NCBI GenBank assembly: GCA_963779755.1
Contig: CAVZZO010000003.1
Location: 1,344,001 to 1,408,000, forward strand
Source: an uncultured Gemmatimonadales bacterium
GTDB taxonomy: Bacteria > Gemmatimonadota > Gemmatimonadetes > Gemmatimonadales > GWC2-71-9
Direction of reading: 5' to 3'
Length of the DNA stretch: 64,000 nt
Position numbers and translations under genes: made by a program. Shown in pieces: positions 31,123 through 40,991 of the stretch (its first letter is position 1; the number at the start of each line of letters is the position of its first letter). The notes under the pieces were generated by a model. That model was not told the DNA's origin. It saw only the letters and a program-made list of their open reading frames with translations, and searched no databases.

Positions 31123-32202
31123 ATGTCGCCGCTCTGGCCGGCCGCCCCCGACGTCTCACCTGATGTCATCACGCGGATGCGGGGGCTCAAGAATCTGGTA
31201 GGGAATACGCCGCTGCTCGCCATCGCCTATACCTGGCGGGGGGAGCCGCGGGTGCTCTACGCCAAGTGCGAGATGCAGAACCTCACCGGCAGCATCAAGG
31301 ACCGGCTGGCGCTGCACGTGATCCGGCGCGCCTATGAGAGCGGCGTATTGCGGCGCGGCGCGCCCATCGTGGCGGCCAGCACCGGCAATAGCGGCATCTC
31401 CTTCGCCGCCATCGGCCGGGCCATCGGGCACCCCGTCACCGTGGTCATGCCCCACTCGACGCCGCGGGAGCGGATCGATCTGGTCAGGTCGTTCGGCGCG
31501 GACGTGAGCCTGGCCCTGGACACGGGGGCGGGGATCCGGGATTGCGCCCGGCTGGCGGAGAGTGTGGCGGCGCCGCTGGAAGGGGCCCTGCTGGCCCACG
31601 ACTTCGCCAGGTCGTGCAACGCCGAGGCCCACGCGCGTACCACCGGGCCGGAGCTGTGGAGCCAGCTCTTCTCGCACGCCCTGAAGCCGGACGCGTTCGT
31701 GGCCGGCGTGGGCACCGGGGGGACCCTCATGGGAGTGGGACGCTATCTCCGGGCGATGCATCCTTCGATACGCCTGCATCCCCTGGAGCCGCGGAACGCG
31801 CCCGTGCTGTCATCTCCCCGGGCGGCTGGTCCGCACCGGATCGCCGGGCTCGCCGATGTGGGCCAGAGCATGCTCGCCGACCTCAAACATCTGGACGAAA
31901 TCCTCTCGGTGGACGACGGCGATGCCATCCGCATGGCTCAGGCACTGGCCCGCGTGCTGGGGCTGCCGGTAGGGATTTCCTCGGGGGCCAACTTCCTGGG
32001 GGCCGTCCAGGCGCAGACCCGCTGGGGAAAGGATTCTGTGGTGGCGACCGTCTTCCCCGACAGCAGCCGGAATTACCTCTGCGCGCCACTGACGGAGGAA
32101 GAACCCGCCGAGGAGGGCCACCTCACCTCGGAGATCCGGCTCCTGGCCTTCCGGGCCCAGAACCGGACCTGCGAGGCCTGCGCGGATATGGATGCGTTTT
32201 GA
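31123..32202 (+). CDS. PLP-dependent cysteine synthase family protein with C-terminal CxxC
   Basis: GNTPL, NLTGSIKDR (PLP Lys), STGNSG, GVGTGGT, GISSGAN; AGGAG RBS. Confidence 0.88.
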   Translation: MSPLWPAAPDVSPDVITRMRGLKNLVGNTPLLAIAYTWRGEPRVLYAKCEMQNLTGSIKDRLALHVIRRAYESGVLRRGAPIVAASTGNSGISFAAIGRAIGHPVTVVMPHSTPRERIDLVRSFGADVSLALDTGAGIRDCARLAESVAAPLEGALLAHDFARSCNAEAHARTTGPELWSQLFSHALKPDAFVAGVGTGGTLMGVGRYLRAMHPSIRLHPLEPRNAPVLSSPRAAGPHRIAGLADVGQSMLADLKHLDEILSVDDGDAIRMAQALARVLGLPVGISSGANFLGAVQAQTRWGKDSVVATVFPDSSRNYLCAPLTEEEPAEEGHLTSEIRLLAFRAQNRTCEACADMDAF

Positions 32203-32233
32203 GGACGGCAAGACGGCAGGACGGCGGGCTACC

Positions 32234-33319
32234 TCAGTCCTCAGTCCTCAGTCCTTTTCTCTCATACCACCCCCGGCTCCGCCCCACCAGCCACACCACC
32301 GACAGCATCACCGGCACCTCCACCAGGACGCCCACTACCGTTGCCAGGGCGGCGCCGGATTCCAGCCCGAAGAGGCTGATGGCGGCCGCTACCGCCAGCT
32401 CGAAGAAGTTGCTGGCACCGATGAGCGCCGAGGGGCAGGCGACCCGGTGGGATTCTCCAGCCGCGCGGTTCAGAATGTAGGCCAGGCCGCTGTTGAAATA
32501 CACCTGGATCAGAATGGGCACGGCGAGCAGCAGGATGACCAGCGGCTGGGCCAGGATCTGCGGACCCTGGAAACCGAAGAGCAGCACCAGGGTCACCAGC
32601 AGCGCGACCAGTGAAATCGGCTGCAGGCGCTGGAGCACGCGCTCCAGCGCGGCGACGCCCCGCCGGAGCAGCGACCGGCGCCAGAGCTGCGCGCCGGCCA
32701 CCGGCACCAGGATGTACAGCCCTACCGAGAGCACCAGCGTCTGCCACGGAATGGTGATGGCCGACAGGCCCAGCAGCAGCCCCACGATGGGCGCGAAGGC
32801 AACGATCATGATGGCGTCGTTCAGCGCCACCTGGGTGAGAGTGAAGTTGGGGTCGCCGTCGCTCAGATTGCTCCAGACGAAGACCATTGCGGTGCAGGGG
32901 GCGGCGGCCAGCAGGATCAGTCCGGCGACGTAGGAATCGAGCTGTGCCGCCGGCAGGAACGGCCGGAATACTCCGCGAACAAAGATCCAGGCGAGGAGGG
33001 CCATGGAAAAGGGCTTTACCGCCCAGTTCACGAACAGGGTGATTCCCATCCCCTTCCAGTGCGAGCGGACGCCTGCGAGCGCACCGAAATCCACCTTCAG
33101 CAGCATCGGCACGATCATGAGCCAGACGAGCACTGCCACCGGGAGATTCACCCGGGCGATCTCGGCACCGCCCAGCGCAGCGAACGCGGCCGGAAAGAGC
33201 ATCCCCAGTCCGATCCCCGCCGCGATACAGAGCAGGACCCAGAGTGAGAGATAGCGGGCAAAGGGCGACAGCTCCGCCCCGGCGGCCTGCCCGGTGGTGA
33301 CCTCGCAGACCGCGCTCAC
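32234..33319 (-). CDS. acr3: ACR3-family arsenite efflux transporter
   Basis: RYLSLWV, NWAVKPF, APCTAMVFVW, GASNFFELAVA, GVLVEVPVML. Confidence 0.95.
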   Translation of the reverse strand: MSAVCEVTTGQAAGAELSPFARYLSLWVLLCIAAGIGLGMLFPAAFAALGGAEIARVNLPVAVLVWLMIVPMLLKVDFGALAGVRSHWKGMGITLFVNWAVKPFSMALLAWIFVRGVFRPFLPAAQLDSYVAGLILLAAAPCTAMVFVWSNLSDGDPNFTLTQVALNDAIMIVAFAPIVGLLLGLSAITIPWQTLVLSVGLYILVPVAGAQLWRRSLLRRGVAALERVLQRLQPISLVALLVTLVLLFGFQGPQILAQPLVILLLAVPILIQVYFNSGLAYILNRAAGESHRVACPSALIGASNFFELAVAAAISLFGLESGAALATVVGVLVEVPVMLSVVWLVGRSRGWYERKGLRTED

Positions 33320-33810
33320 CGGCCCGGTTGCTCCGCCTCGAGGCCGATGGCGCGAACCTGCTTCTCCAGCGCCAGCCGCTCCAGCCGCTCCGCCGGCAAC
33401 GCCAGCAGAAGATCAATGCGCCGCTTCAGCAGCCAGAACGCATCACGAAACGCCCGCATACGGTGGACATCGTCTCCCGGTACATCGGCCGGGTCGGCCA
33501 TGCCCCAATGGGCCATGACCGGCTGCCCCGGAAAGACGGGACAGGATTCCTTCGCACGGTCGCAGACCGTGATGACGAAATCGAAATGGCCCCGCTCCAG
33601 CCCCTCTACTGACCGGGGCGGGTGCCCTCCCCACGAGAGCCCCATCTCCTCCAGCGTCCGAACGGCATAGGGATTCACCTCCGCCGCCGGCCGGGATCCG
33701 GCGCTCTCGGCCTGGAACCGCTCGCCGCCATAGGCATTGAGCAGCGCCTCCGCCATCTGGCTGCGGGCGGAGTTGCCGGTGCAAAGGAAGAGGACGCGGA
33801 ACACTCTCAA
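33316..33810 (-). CDS. arsC: Arsenate reductase (LMW-PTP/thioredoxin type)
   Basis: LFLCTGNSARSQMAE, ITVCD...CP, HWGMADP. Confidence 0.92.
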   Translation of the reverse strand: MRVFRVLFLCTGNSARSQMAEALLNAYGGERFQAESAGSRPAAEVNPYAVRTLEEMGLSWGGHPPRSVEGLERGHFDFVITVCDRAKESCPVFPGQPVMAHWGMADPADVPGDDVHRMRAFRDAFWLLKRRIDLLLALPAERLERLALEKQVRAIGLEAEQPGR

Positions 33811-34700
33811 GCTCCGGGCTGGGCGGTATGGCGGTATGGCGGTACGGCGGTAGAAGCATGAGCTGATTCACCTGCCGTCCTGCCCTCCTGCCGCCTTGCC
33901 GCCCTGACGAACGCCCCCATCACCCGCCCGCCGATTTCCCGGGCGAACACCTCGGTATCCAGGCCGGCACCGGCCAGGAAGGTCCGGGCGTCGGCGAATT
34001 CATAGACCCGGGTAGGCTCGATGCCGATCTGCGCGAAGCCCGCCTCGGCCAGGAGCCTGCCATACTCCTGCTCTTCCAGCGCGCCGGCGATGCAGCCGAC
34101 CCACAGTTCCATACTGCGGCGCACCTCCTGCGGTATCTCCCCGCGCACGATGATATCGGAGATCGCCAGCCGCCCGCCCGGCTTGAGCACCCGGAAGGCC
34201 TCGGCCAGGACGCGCCGCTTGTCGGCGGACAGGTTGATCACACAGTTGGAGATGATCACGTCCACCGAGGCATCGGGGAGCGGAATGTTTTCGATTTCGC
34301 CCTTCAGGAACTCCGCGTTCTCGATGCCCGACTTGCGCTGATTCTCCCGCGCCAGCGCCAGCATCTCGTCGGTCATGTCGAGGCCGTAGGCCTTTCCGGC
34401 AGGCCCCACGCGACGCGCGGAGAGCAGCACATCGATCCCGCCGCCGGAACCGAGATCCAGCACGATCTCGCCTTCCTTCAGCTCGGCCAGGGCGGTGGGG
34501 TTGCCGCAGCCCAGCGAGGCCAGCACGGCCGTATCCGGCAGGCAGTCAACCTGCTCCGGTGTGTAGTGATTGTCGGTGATCGGGTCGCACCCGCCATTGG
34601 CGGTCGCGGCGCCGCAGCAGGAACTGCCCTCGCCGGAGAGCACGCGAAGGGCGGCAGAGCCGTAACGGGCACGAACGGTGTCCTGGATGTCATCAGACAT
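33807..34700 (-). CDS. arsM: Arsenite S-adenosylmethionine methyltransferase
   Basis: SLGCGNP, LDLGSGGGID, ISNCVINL, WVGCIAGA. Confidence 0.93.
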   Translation of the reverse strand: MSDDIQDTVRARYGSAALRVLSGEGSSCCGAATANGGCDPITDNHYTPEQVDCLPDTAVLASLGCGNPTALAELKEGEIVLDLGSGGGIDVLLSARRVGPAGKAYGLDMTDEMLALARENQRKSGIENAEFLKGEIENIPLPDASVDVIISNCVINLSADKRRVLAEAFRVLKPGGRLAISDIIVRGEIPQEVRRSMELWVGCIAGALEEQEYGRLLAEAGFAQIGIEPTRVYEFADARTFLAGAGLDTEVFAREIGGRVMGAFVRAARRQEGRTAGESAHASTAVPPYRHTAQPGA

Positions 34701-34724
34701 GAATGCCTCGAGAATCGGATGGAT

Positions 34725-34796
34725 AGTCGCTGGTCGCTGGTCGTTAGTCGTTAGTCGTTAGTCGTTAGTCGTTAGTCGCTCACGCCTCACGCCTTA
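34725..34796 (-). repeat. Heptamer tandem repeats (GTGAGGC) and (CGACTAA) after arsR
   Basis: GTCGTTA x5 plus variants on the + strand. Confidence 0.85.
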
Positions 34797-35120
34797 CCCC
34801 TCACAGCAGGCCCTGGCACAGCTTCCCGCATGCTTCCCTGGTTTCACTGCGCCGGCGAAGGCCGCGATGGCATCCAAGGCCTCGCGGTTCAGGCTGTAAT
34901 GCACCCAGCGGCCGTCCTTCCGGTCGGTGACCAGGCCGGCGTCTTTCAAAGTCCTGAGATGGAACGAGAGGCGGGACTGGGCGGCGTCCAGTGCATCGGT
35001 CAGATCGCAAACACAGCGCTCACCATGAGATAGCAGAGTCACGATCTCCAGCCGGGTGGGGTCGGAGAGGGCGTGGAACCAGCGCGCCGCAGCGGCGAGA
35101 TCCAGGGAAGTGGCAGTCAT
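34794..35120 (-). CDS. arsR: ArsR/SmtB transcriptional repressor
   Basis: ALSDPTRL, ERCVCDL, SFHLRTLKDAGLV, C-terminal CARACC. Confidence 0.93.
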   Translation of the reverse strand: MTATSLDLAAAARWFHALSDPTRLEIVTLLSHGERCVCDLTDALDAAQSRLSFHLRTLKDAGLVTDRKDGRWVHYSLNREALDAIAAFAGAVKPGKHAGSCARACCEG

Positions 35121-35128
35121 GGCGAACA

Positions 35129-35156
35129 AACATATCAATTTTTTTTGATATGTCAA
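35129..35156 (-). promoter_or_regulatory. ars promoter with overlapping operator palindrome
   Basis: TTGACA-N16-TATGTT; perfect 9-6-9 inverted repeat ACATATCAA-N6-TTGATATGT at 35130-35153. Confidence 0.8.
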
Positions 35157-35214
35157 GCAAGGCGGCAGGTTTCCCCGTTCCCTTTCCCCCTTCCCCCTTC
35201 TTACTTCTTACTTC

Positions 35215-36387
35215 TCATTTGTTCACCGGCTCCGCCCGCAGCATTACCGCGCCATGCGCCGGCACGGTGGTGCCGTACTTGCCCTGCTGCGGCCCCAGGT
35301 CCTTGTGGGTCCACAGGTCGCGCACCCGCGCGGTGGTGCCCCGGGGCAGCCCGACCCGGCTCCAGTAGGCCGTGATTTCGGTCGGGACGTCGGCCCGGTT
35401 GAGCAGGACCACCGCGTAGGAACCGTCCCGGAGCGGTCGCGACCAGACCTGTACCGCCGGCGGCCCCTCCTGCACCAGGGTCCCCTGCATACCCGCCGAA
35501 TCCTGATCCACCGCGATGACCTCAGGGTTGGTCAGGATCTCACGGGTCTCGTCGGACATGCTGCGGAGATCGTTGCCTGCCATGAGCGGCGCCGCCATCA
35601 TGGCCCACAGACTGAAATGGGCCCGGTACTCGTCCCGGCTCATACCGCCGTTGCCCACCTCCAGCATGTCGGGATCGTTCCAGGCGCCGGGTTTCGCCAC
35701 CTCGGCATGGGGCGAGGACAGGTCCAGAATGGTCATGACGCTGTTCCAGCTGTCGTCGATATCGCCCGTCGTCCGCCACAGGTTGCCCACCGGCGGGGCC
35801 CACTCCCATGGCCGGTTGGAGCCCCATTCGCAGATACTGAGCACGATGGGTCGCCCGGCCGCCTTCAGGGCGTCGCTGAACTTCCGGTACTGGGTGGGAG
35901 CGTCCAGCGAGTCGGCGTAACACCAGTCTTCTTTCACATAGTCCACGCCCCACTGGGCGAAGGTCCGGGCATCCTGTTCCTCGTGCCCGTAGGTCCCGGG
36001 GCGGCCCTGGCAGGTCTTGCGGCCGGCGTCGGTGTAGATGCCGAACTTGAGGCCCTTCGAGTGGACATAGTCGGCCAGCGACTTGATCCCCTCGGGAAAC
36101 CGGGTGGAGTCGGCCACCAGCCGGCCCTGGGCATCCCGGGCCACCTGCCAGCAGTCGTCGATCACCACGTAGCGGTACCCGGCATCGCGCATGCCGCTCG
36201 ACACCATGGCGTCGGCCGTTTCCCGGATGAGCTTCGAGCTGACATCGCAGCCGAAATGATTCCAGCTGTTCCAGCCCATCGGCGGCGTCAGGGCGAGCCC
36301 GTTGTCCCAGGGCTTGACGGGGCGGGCTGCCAGCGTGACGATGACGGCCAGAGGGGCAATGACGAATGCGGCAAGGGTCGAGCGCAT
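35215..36387 (-). CDS. GH27 alpha-galactosidase
   Basis: TPPMGWNSWN, IDDCW, DYVKEDWC, WRTTGDI, WNDPDMLEVG. Confidence 0.93.
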   Translation of the reverse strand: MRSTLAAFVIAPLAVIVTLAARPVKPWDNGLALTPPMGWNSWNHFGCDVSSKLIRETADAMVSSGMRDAGYRYVVIDDCWQVARDAQGRLVADSTRFPEGIKSLADYVHSKGLKFGIYTDAGRKTCQGRPGTYGHEEQDARTFAQWGVDYVKEDWCYADSLDAPTQYRKFSDALKAAGRPIVLSICEWGSNRPWEWAPPVGNLWRTTGDIDDSWNSVMTILDLSSPHAEVAKPGAWNDPDMLEVGNGGMSRDEYRAHFSLWAMMAAPLMAGNDLRSMSDETREILTNPEVIAVDQDSAGMQGTLVQEGPPAVQVWSRPLRDGSYAVVLLNRADVPTEITAYWSRVGLPRGTTARVRDLWTHKDLGPQQGKYGTTVPAHGAVMLRAEPVNK

Positions 36388-36403
36388 GCGACGCTCCGGG
36401 ATA

Positions 36404-36645
36404 GGGAACCGCAGATGACGCAGATGTATGATCCACAGATTACGATCCACAGATTACGATCCACAGATTACGATCCACAGATTACGATCCACAGATTACA
36501 CAGATTACCCGGATTGTTGAACCAGGGCAGGACGGCAGGACGGCAGGACGGCCCTGAAGGACTTCCTCGCGGCTATCTATTGGAGGCCGCTCGGTCGCAG
36601 GACGGCAGGGAAGATAATCTGCCCCGATCTGTGTAATCTGTGGAT
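36404..36645. repeat. CAGATTA-type element with five 14-mer tandem copies, enclosing a family-D element
   Basis: (GATCCACAGATTAC)x5 at 36430-36499; inverse arm ATCTGTGTAATCTGTGGAT at 36627-36645. Confidence 0.85.
36536..36608 (-). repeat. Family-D 73-bp dispersed element, copy 1
   Basis: Reverse complement of 50168-50240 with about 4 mismatches. Confidence 0.88.
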
Positions 36646-36682
36646 TACCATTAGGGAGCCCTCTGATCTCCGGACCCTCGCC

Positions 36683-39127
36683 ATGATCCGCCTGAACCGT
36701 TCCCTCCGTCACACCCTCCGTGCCGCTCTCGCGATCCTCTTCACCGCCTGCAGCGGTGGGCGAGCCCCCCAGCCACCGGCTTCGGTTGAGCACGCCCGTC
36801 TCCCGACTGGTGCGGTGCTTGACCCGGCCGGGAGCCGGGTGGCCCTGGGCAGCATGCCGCTGGCCGCCGCCCTGGCGCCGGATGGACGCCACGTGGCCGT
36901 CTTGCTCAATGGCTGGCGGGAACAGGGGCTGCAGATCGTGGACCGCTTCTCGGGCACGGTCACGCAGACCCTGAAACAGCCCTGGGCCTTCCTGGGCATC
37001 GCCTTCACGCCGGCGGGCAACGCGCTCTATACCTCGGGCGGCAATCAGGATGTGCTGTACCGCTATCGCTGGGACGGGAGCGCGGCGACCCTGGCCGACA
37101 GCGTCCTGCTGGCCGAGTCGGTGGGCCACGGACGGGCGTATCCCGCCGGGCTCGCGATTTCGCCCGACGGGCGGCGGATCTATGTGGCCCTCAATCTGGC
37201 CGACTCGCTGGCCGTAGTGGACGCGGCGGCGGGACGGGTGATCCAGCGCCTCCCCCTGGGGCGCTATCCCTACGCCGTGGCGGTCGCGCCCGACGGCACG
37301 GTCTACACCTCAATCTGGGCCGGCGACAGCGTGGCGGTATTCCGACCCAGCGGTGATTCGCTGGTGGCGGCGGGCCGCCTGCCGGCGGGCCGCCACCCGA
37401 CCGCCCTGCTCCTTAATGGCGACGGCTCCCGCCTCTACGTCGCCTCCTCGACCACCGACCGGATCAGCGTGCTCGACACCCGGGGCGGAACGCTTCTGGG
37501 GACGCTCGACGATTCGGCGCCCGCCGGCCCGGACGAGGGCAGCACCCCCAACGCGCTGGCGCTCTCGCCCGACGGCACCAAGCTCCTGGTGGCCGAGGCC
37601 GACAACAATGCCGTGGCGGTCTTCAGCCTCTCGACGTCCAGCGCCGGCAAGGTCGCGGCGGCACGGGACACGCTGCTGGGTCGGGTCCCGGTGGAGTGGT
37701 ATCCCACAGCCCTCGTTACTGCCGGCGACACCATCCTGGTGGTGAATGGCAAGGGCAACGGAACCGGGCCCAACCCGGGCCGCTCGCAGCCGGGCCACCG
37801 GCTGCAGGACCGGGCCGACTACACCCTGGGACAGCTCTCCGGCTCCCTCACGACGGTACTGCTGGGCCCGCAGCGGCTGGACCAGCTGCCGGCCTACAGC
37901 GCGCGGGTGGCGCGGGCGAACGGCTGGATCGGCGCAGCAACCGCCGCCCGCCGCTATCCATCGTTCGAGCACGTGATCTATATCATCAAGGAGAACCGCA
38001 CCTACGACCAGGTCCTGGGCGACCTGGAAATGGGCGACGGCGACTCCTCGCTGACCTTTTTCCCCCGGCCGATCTCCCCCAACCATCACGCCCTGGCGGA
38101 GCGGTTCGGCGTCTTCGACCGGTTCTTCGTGAATGCCGAGGTGAGCGCCGACGGCCACAACTGGTCCACGGCTGCGTATGCCCCCGACTACGTGGAAAAG
38201 ACGGTCCCGTCGCAGTACCGGGGCGATGCGCACGACTACGACTATGAGGGAACCAACAGGAACCGGATTCCCGCCGACCCGGATGATGACGTGAACTCCC
38301 CCTCGACCGGGTATCTCTGGGATCTGGCACGGCGGGCGGGGATCACGTTCCGCAATTACGGGGAGTTCGTGGTCGACGACACCAGCGGCGGCACCCTGCA
38401 CTACACCGGCACCAAGCCCTGGCTCGACCAGCACACCAATCATCAGGCGCCGGGCTGGGACCTGGACATTCGGGACCAGCGCCGGGCGGACGTCTGGGTG
38501 GCGGAATTCCGGCAGTTCGTGCAGCAGGGCAGGATGCCGCAGCTGGAGATCCTGCGCCTGCCCAACGATCACACCAGCGGGGCGCAGGCCGGGAAGCCGA
38601 CGCCGCAGGCCTACATGGCCGATAACGACCTGGCGCTGGGCCGGGTGATCGACGCGCTGTCGCACTCACCCTTCTGGACCAGCACGGTGGTCTTCGTGCT
38701 GGAAGACGACGCGCAGGACGGCCCCGATCATGTCGATTCCCACCGCTCGCCCCTGCTGGTGATCTCGGCGTGGAACCGGGGCGGGGTGATCCACCGGTTC
38801 ACCAACACCACCGACGTGATCGCGACCATCGCCGACATTCTGCACCTGGGGTCGCTCTCCCAGTTCGATCATTTCGGCCGGCCGCTGCGCGATATCTGGG
38901 CGACTGAGCCGGACCGGACGCCCTACACCGCCCTCACGCCCGCCGTGTCCCTGGACCGGCGCAATCCGGCCGGCACCGCCGAGGCGCGCGATTCGCGCCG
39001 CCTGGATCTCTCGCAGGAGGACCGGGCGGACGAGGAGCTGTTCAACCGTATCCTGTGGCGGACCATCAAAGGCACGGTGCCCTATCCCGGCCCGCGGCGG
39101 GCGTCGCTGGCGGAGGTGCGGCGGTGA
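36683..39127 (+). CDS. YncE-like beta-propeller / alkaline-phosphatase-like phosphoesterase lipoprotein
   Basis: Lipobox-like LFTAC; SPDG propeller repeats; YIIKENRTYD, SADGHNW, LPNDHT, EDDAQDGPDHVDSHRS. Confidence 0.88.
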   Translation: MIRLNRSLRHTLRAALAILFTACSGGRAPQPPASVEHARLPTGAVLDPAGSRVALGSMPLAAALAPDGRHVAVLLNGWREQGLQIVDRFSGTVTQTLKQPWAFLGIAFTPAGNALYTSGGNQDVLYRYRWDGSAATLADSVLLAESVGHGRAYPAGLAISPDGRRIYVALNLADSLAVVDAAAGRVIQRLPLGRYPYAVAVAPDGTVYTSIWAGDSVAVFRPSGDSLVAAGRLPAGRHPTALLLNGDGSRLYVASSTTDRISVLDTRGGTLLGTLDDSAPAGPDEGSTPNALALSPDGTKLLVAEADNNAVAVFSLSTSSAGKVAAARDTLLGRVPVEWYPTALVTAGDTILVVNGKGNGTGPNPGRSQPGHRLQDRADYTLGQLSGSLTTVLLGPQRLDQLPAYSARVARANGWIGAATAARRYPSFEHVIYIIKENRTYDQVLGDLEMGDGDSSLTFFPRPISPNHHALAERFGVFDRFFVNAEVSADGHNWSTAAYAPDYVEKTVPSQYRGDAHDYDYEGTNRNRIPADPDDDVNSPSTGYLWDLARRAGITFRNYGEFVVDDTSGGTLHYTGTKPWLDQHTNHQAPGWDLDIRDQRRADVWVAEFRQFVQQGRMPQLEILRLPNDHTSGAQAGKPTPQAYMADNDLALGRVIDALSHSPFWTSTVVFVLEDDAQDGPDHVDSHRSPLLVISAWNRGGVIHRFTNTTDVIATIADILHLGSLSQFDHFGRPLRDIWATEPDRTPYTALTPAVSLDRRNPAGTAEARDSRRLDLSQEDRADEELFNRILWRTIKGTVPYPGPRRASLAEVRR

Positions 39128-39141
39128 CCTGACTTCCCTGC

Positions 39142-39270
39142 CCCCCTTCCCGGCCGGGAAGGGGGAACTGGACCTGACCCCCTGGCCCCGTTCCCCGCAC
39201 CGGGGTGGCAATCGAGGACAGAATGCGGATCCCCCCTTCCCAACAGGGAAGGGGGACAGGGGGTTAGGTC
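39142..39270. repeat. REP-like palindromes between convergent genes
   Basis: CCCCCTTCCCGGCCGGGAAGGGGG; near-identical palindrome at 59128-59151. Confidence 0.7.
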
Positions 39271-39365
39271 TGGCAGTGCCTGGCGGGACAGACGAAACGC
39301 CCGGCACCTGACTTCGGCACCGGGCGTCCGGCCCTTCGCGTCGCGCGAGTGCGTACTTCTACTTC

Positions 39366-40025
39366 TTATCCGAATATGTTGAAAATACGCGCCGCGAAGG
39401 ATGAGCCGGTCAGCAGCACGGCACACCCGATGCCAAGCATGGCGACCAGCACCAGCGTGAGGGGGCTGACCCCGCTCAGTGCCAGGATACCCAGCACCAC
39501 GACGCCCGCGCCCACCAGCACGTCGGCCCCGCTCGAGAGGTAGACGGCGTCTTCGGCCGGGCTGCCCGGATTCGCCATCCGGCGCTGCCGCACCATCGAC
39601 TCGAGCCGGGCCAGAGCGCCGCTCTCGAACAGCAACGCGCCGCCCAGGACGATGGCCGAGACGGCCAGCAGATCAACCCCGCCAACCCCGAGCAGCACCA
39701 GCAGTCCAAGCACCAGCCCCGCCAGACCGGCCAGGGCGCCAAACCCCAGTCCACCGGTCACGTCGCGCTGGCTTTCTCCCAGAACGCGGCTGTAACGCGC
39801 GGCGAGGGCGGCACTCCCGACCAGCAGGGCGAAACCCGCTCCGATGGCCGCAATCGACACCAGTCCGCCGGGCAGCACCCCGAACAGTCCCAGCACCGCC
39901 AGGACCATCGCGCCTGCGCCCGCGACTGATTGGGTGAGAGAGCCTCCCTCAAGCTCAGTAGCGGCCCGCGGCCTGGTCGCCTCCACCCCTCCCACACGGA
40001 TGCTCCGTGGGCTCCCGTTCAGCAT
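39366..40025 (-). CDS. Hypothetical Gly/Leu-rich membrane protein
   Basis: AAAGGAGG RBS; about 6 hydrophobic segments in three similar pairs. Confidence 0.7.
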   Translation of the reverse strand: MLNGSPRSIRVGGVEATRPRAATELEGGSLTQSVAGAGAMVLAVLGLFGVLPGGLVSIAAIGAGFALLVGSAALAARYSRVLGESQRDVTGGLGFGALAGLAGLVLGLLVLLGVGGVDLLAVSAIVLGGALLFESGALARLESMVRQRRMANPGSPAEDAVYLSSGADVLVGAGVVVLGILALSGVSPLTLVLVAMLGIGCAVLLTGSSFAARIFNIFG

Positions 40026-40298
40026 ATGTGAACCTCCTTTCTTTCTAGCACGTACCCCGGTCGCTGCGTCGTTGCCGGGGGCCTGCAGTTGTCCAGACCA
40101 TCGAACAACCACCGGGTGCTCTCGTATCGCTGTCCCTTTGCGGTGGGAGCAATTACCGACGGGGCACTACCCGGTTGACTCGGCCGGCAAGTACGTGTCC
40201 CGCAATGCTTTGGACGTCGCCGGCCTCACCCGCACAATAGAGGTGTGCTGCTGCTCCCGATATGCCGCGCATCACACCCGACGGTGCCGGACCGGGGC

Positions 40299-40991
40299 TC
40301 ACATCGGCTCCTTGATCTTCTTCCGGACCAGCCACCAGTTCACCGGAAAGGCGGTGAGGAACCCGGCCAGCATCGCGATCTGCATCATGAGCCAGAACAC
40401 CGGGCCTGTCTTCTCCAGCTCGTGGCCGAAAATCAGAAAAGTGGCAATGGCCATCCACCCGTACATCCCGACCTGCCAGCTGGTGAGCGACAGGGTGTCG
40501 GCCTTCAACGCGGCCTTGAGGCCCTCGGAGGGGGAGAGGCCTTTCATGGGCTTGATGGCGAAGTACTGGAAGGCAATGCCGAAGACGAAGGCGAAACCGT
40601 AGTCCACCAGCCAGGCGGCGAAGATCTTGTGGCCGAAGAGTGTGAACGGCGCCAGCACCAGGAGCCACTCGGCGCAGAGATCCCCCAGGGTGCAACCGCT
40701 GCCGCAGTGCAGCGCCGAAACCATCGTGCTCTGCCAGAAGGGTTTCTGCCTGGACGGAGGCTCCCGGCGTTCGATCTTCGCCCGCCGGAACTGTTCCCGG
40801 GTGCTGAGGCGTCCCACGCGGCAATAGGCCCAGAGACCGACGGGACCGCTGTAGAGTCCGGTCACGGGCCAGACGATGTTCATGACACTCATCTGCTGGG
40901 GATGCAGAATGACATCCACCAGGATGAGGAGGGCGGATAGCCCCCCCACAGCAAGGCAGATCCAGGCGAGCACGACAAGCCAGTGAGGCAT
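40299..40991 (-). CDS. DUF4396 family membrane protein
   Basis: HCGSGCTLGD, YGFAFVFGIAFQYF, DTLSLTSWQVGMYGWM, PVNWWLV. Confidence 0.85.
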   Translation of the reverse strand: MPHWLVVLAWICLAVGGLSALLILVDVILHPQQMSVMNIVWPVTGLYSGPVGLWAYCRVGRLSTREQFRRAKIERREPPSRQKPFWQSTMVSALHCGSGCTLGDLCAEWLLVLAPFTLFGHKIFAAWLVDYGFAFVFGIAFQYFAIKPMKGLSPSEGLKAALKADTLSLTSWQVGMYGWMAIATFLIFGHELEKTGPVFWLMMQIAMLAGFLTAFPVNWWLVRKKIKEPM

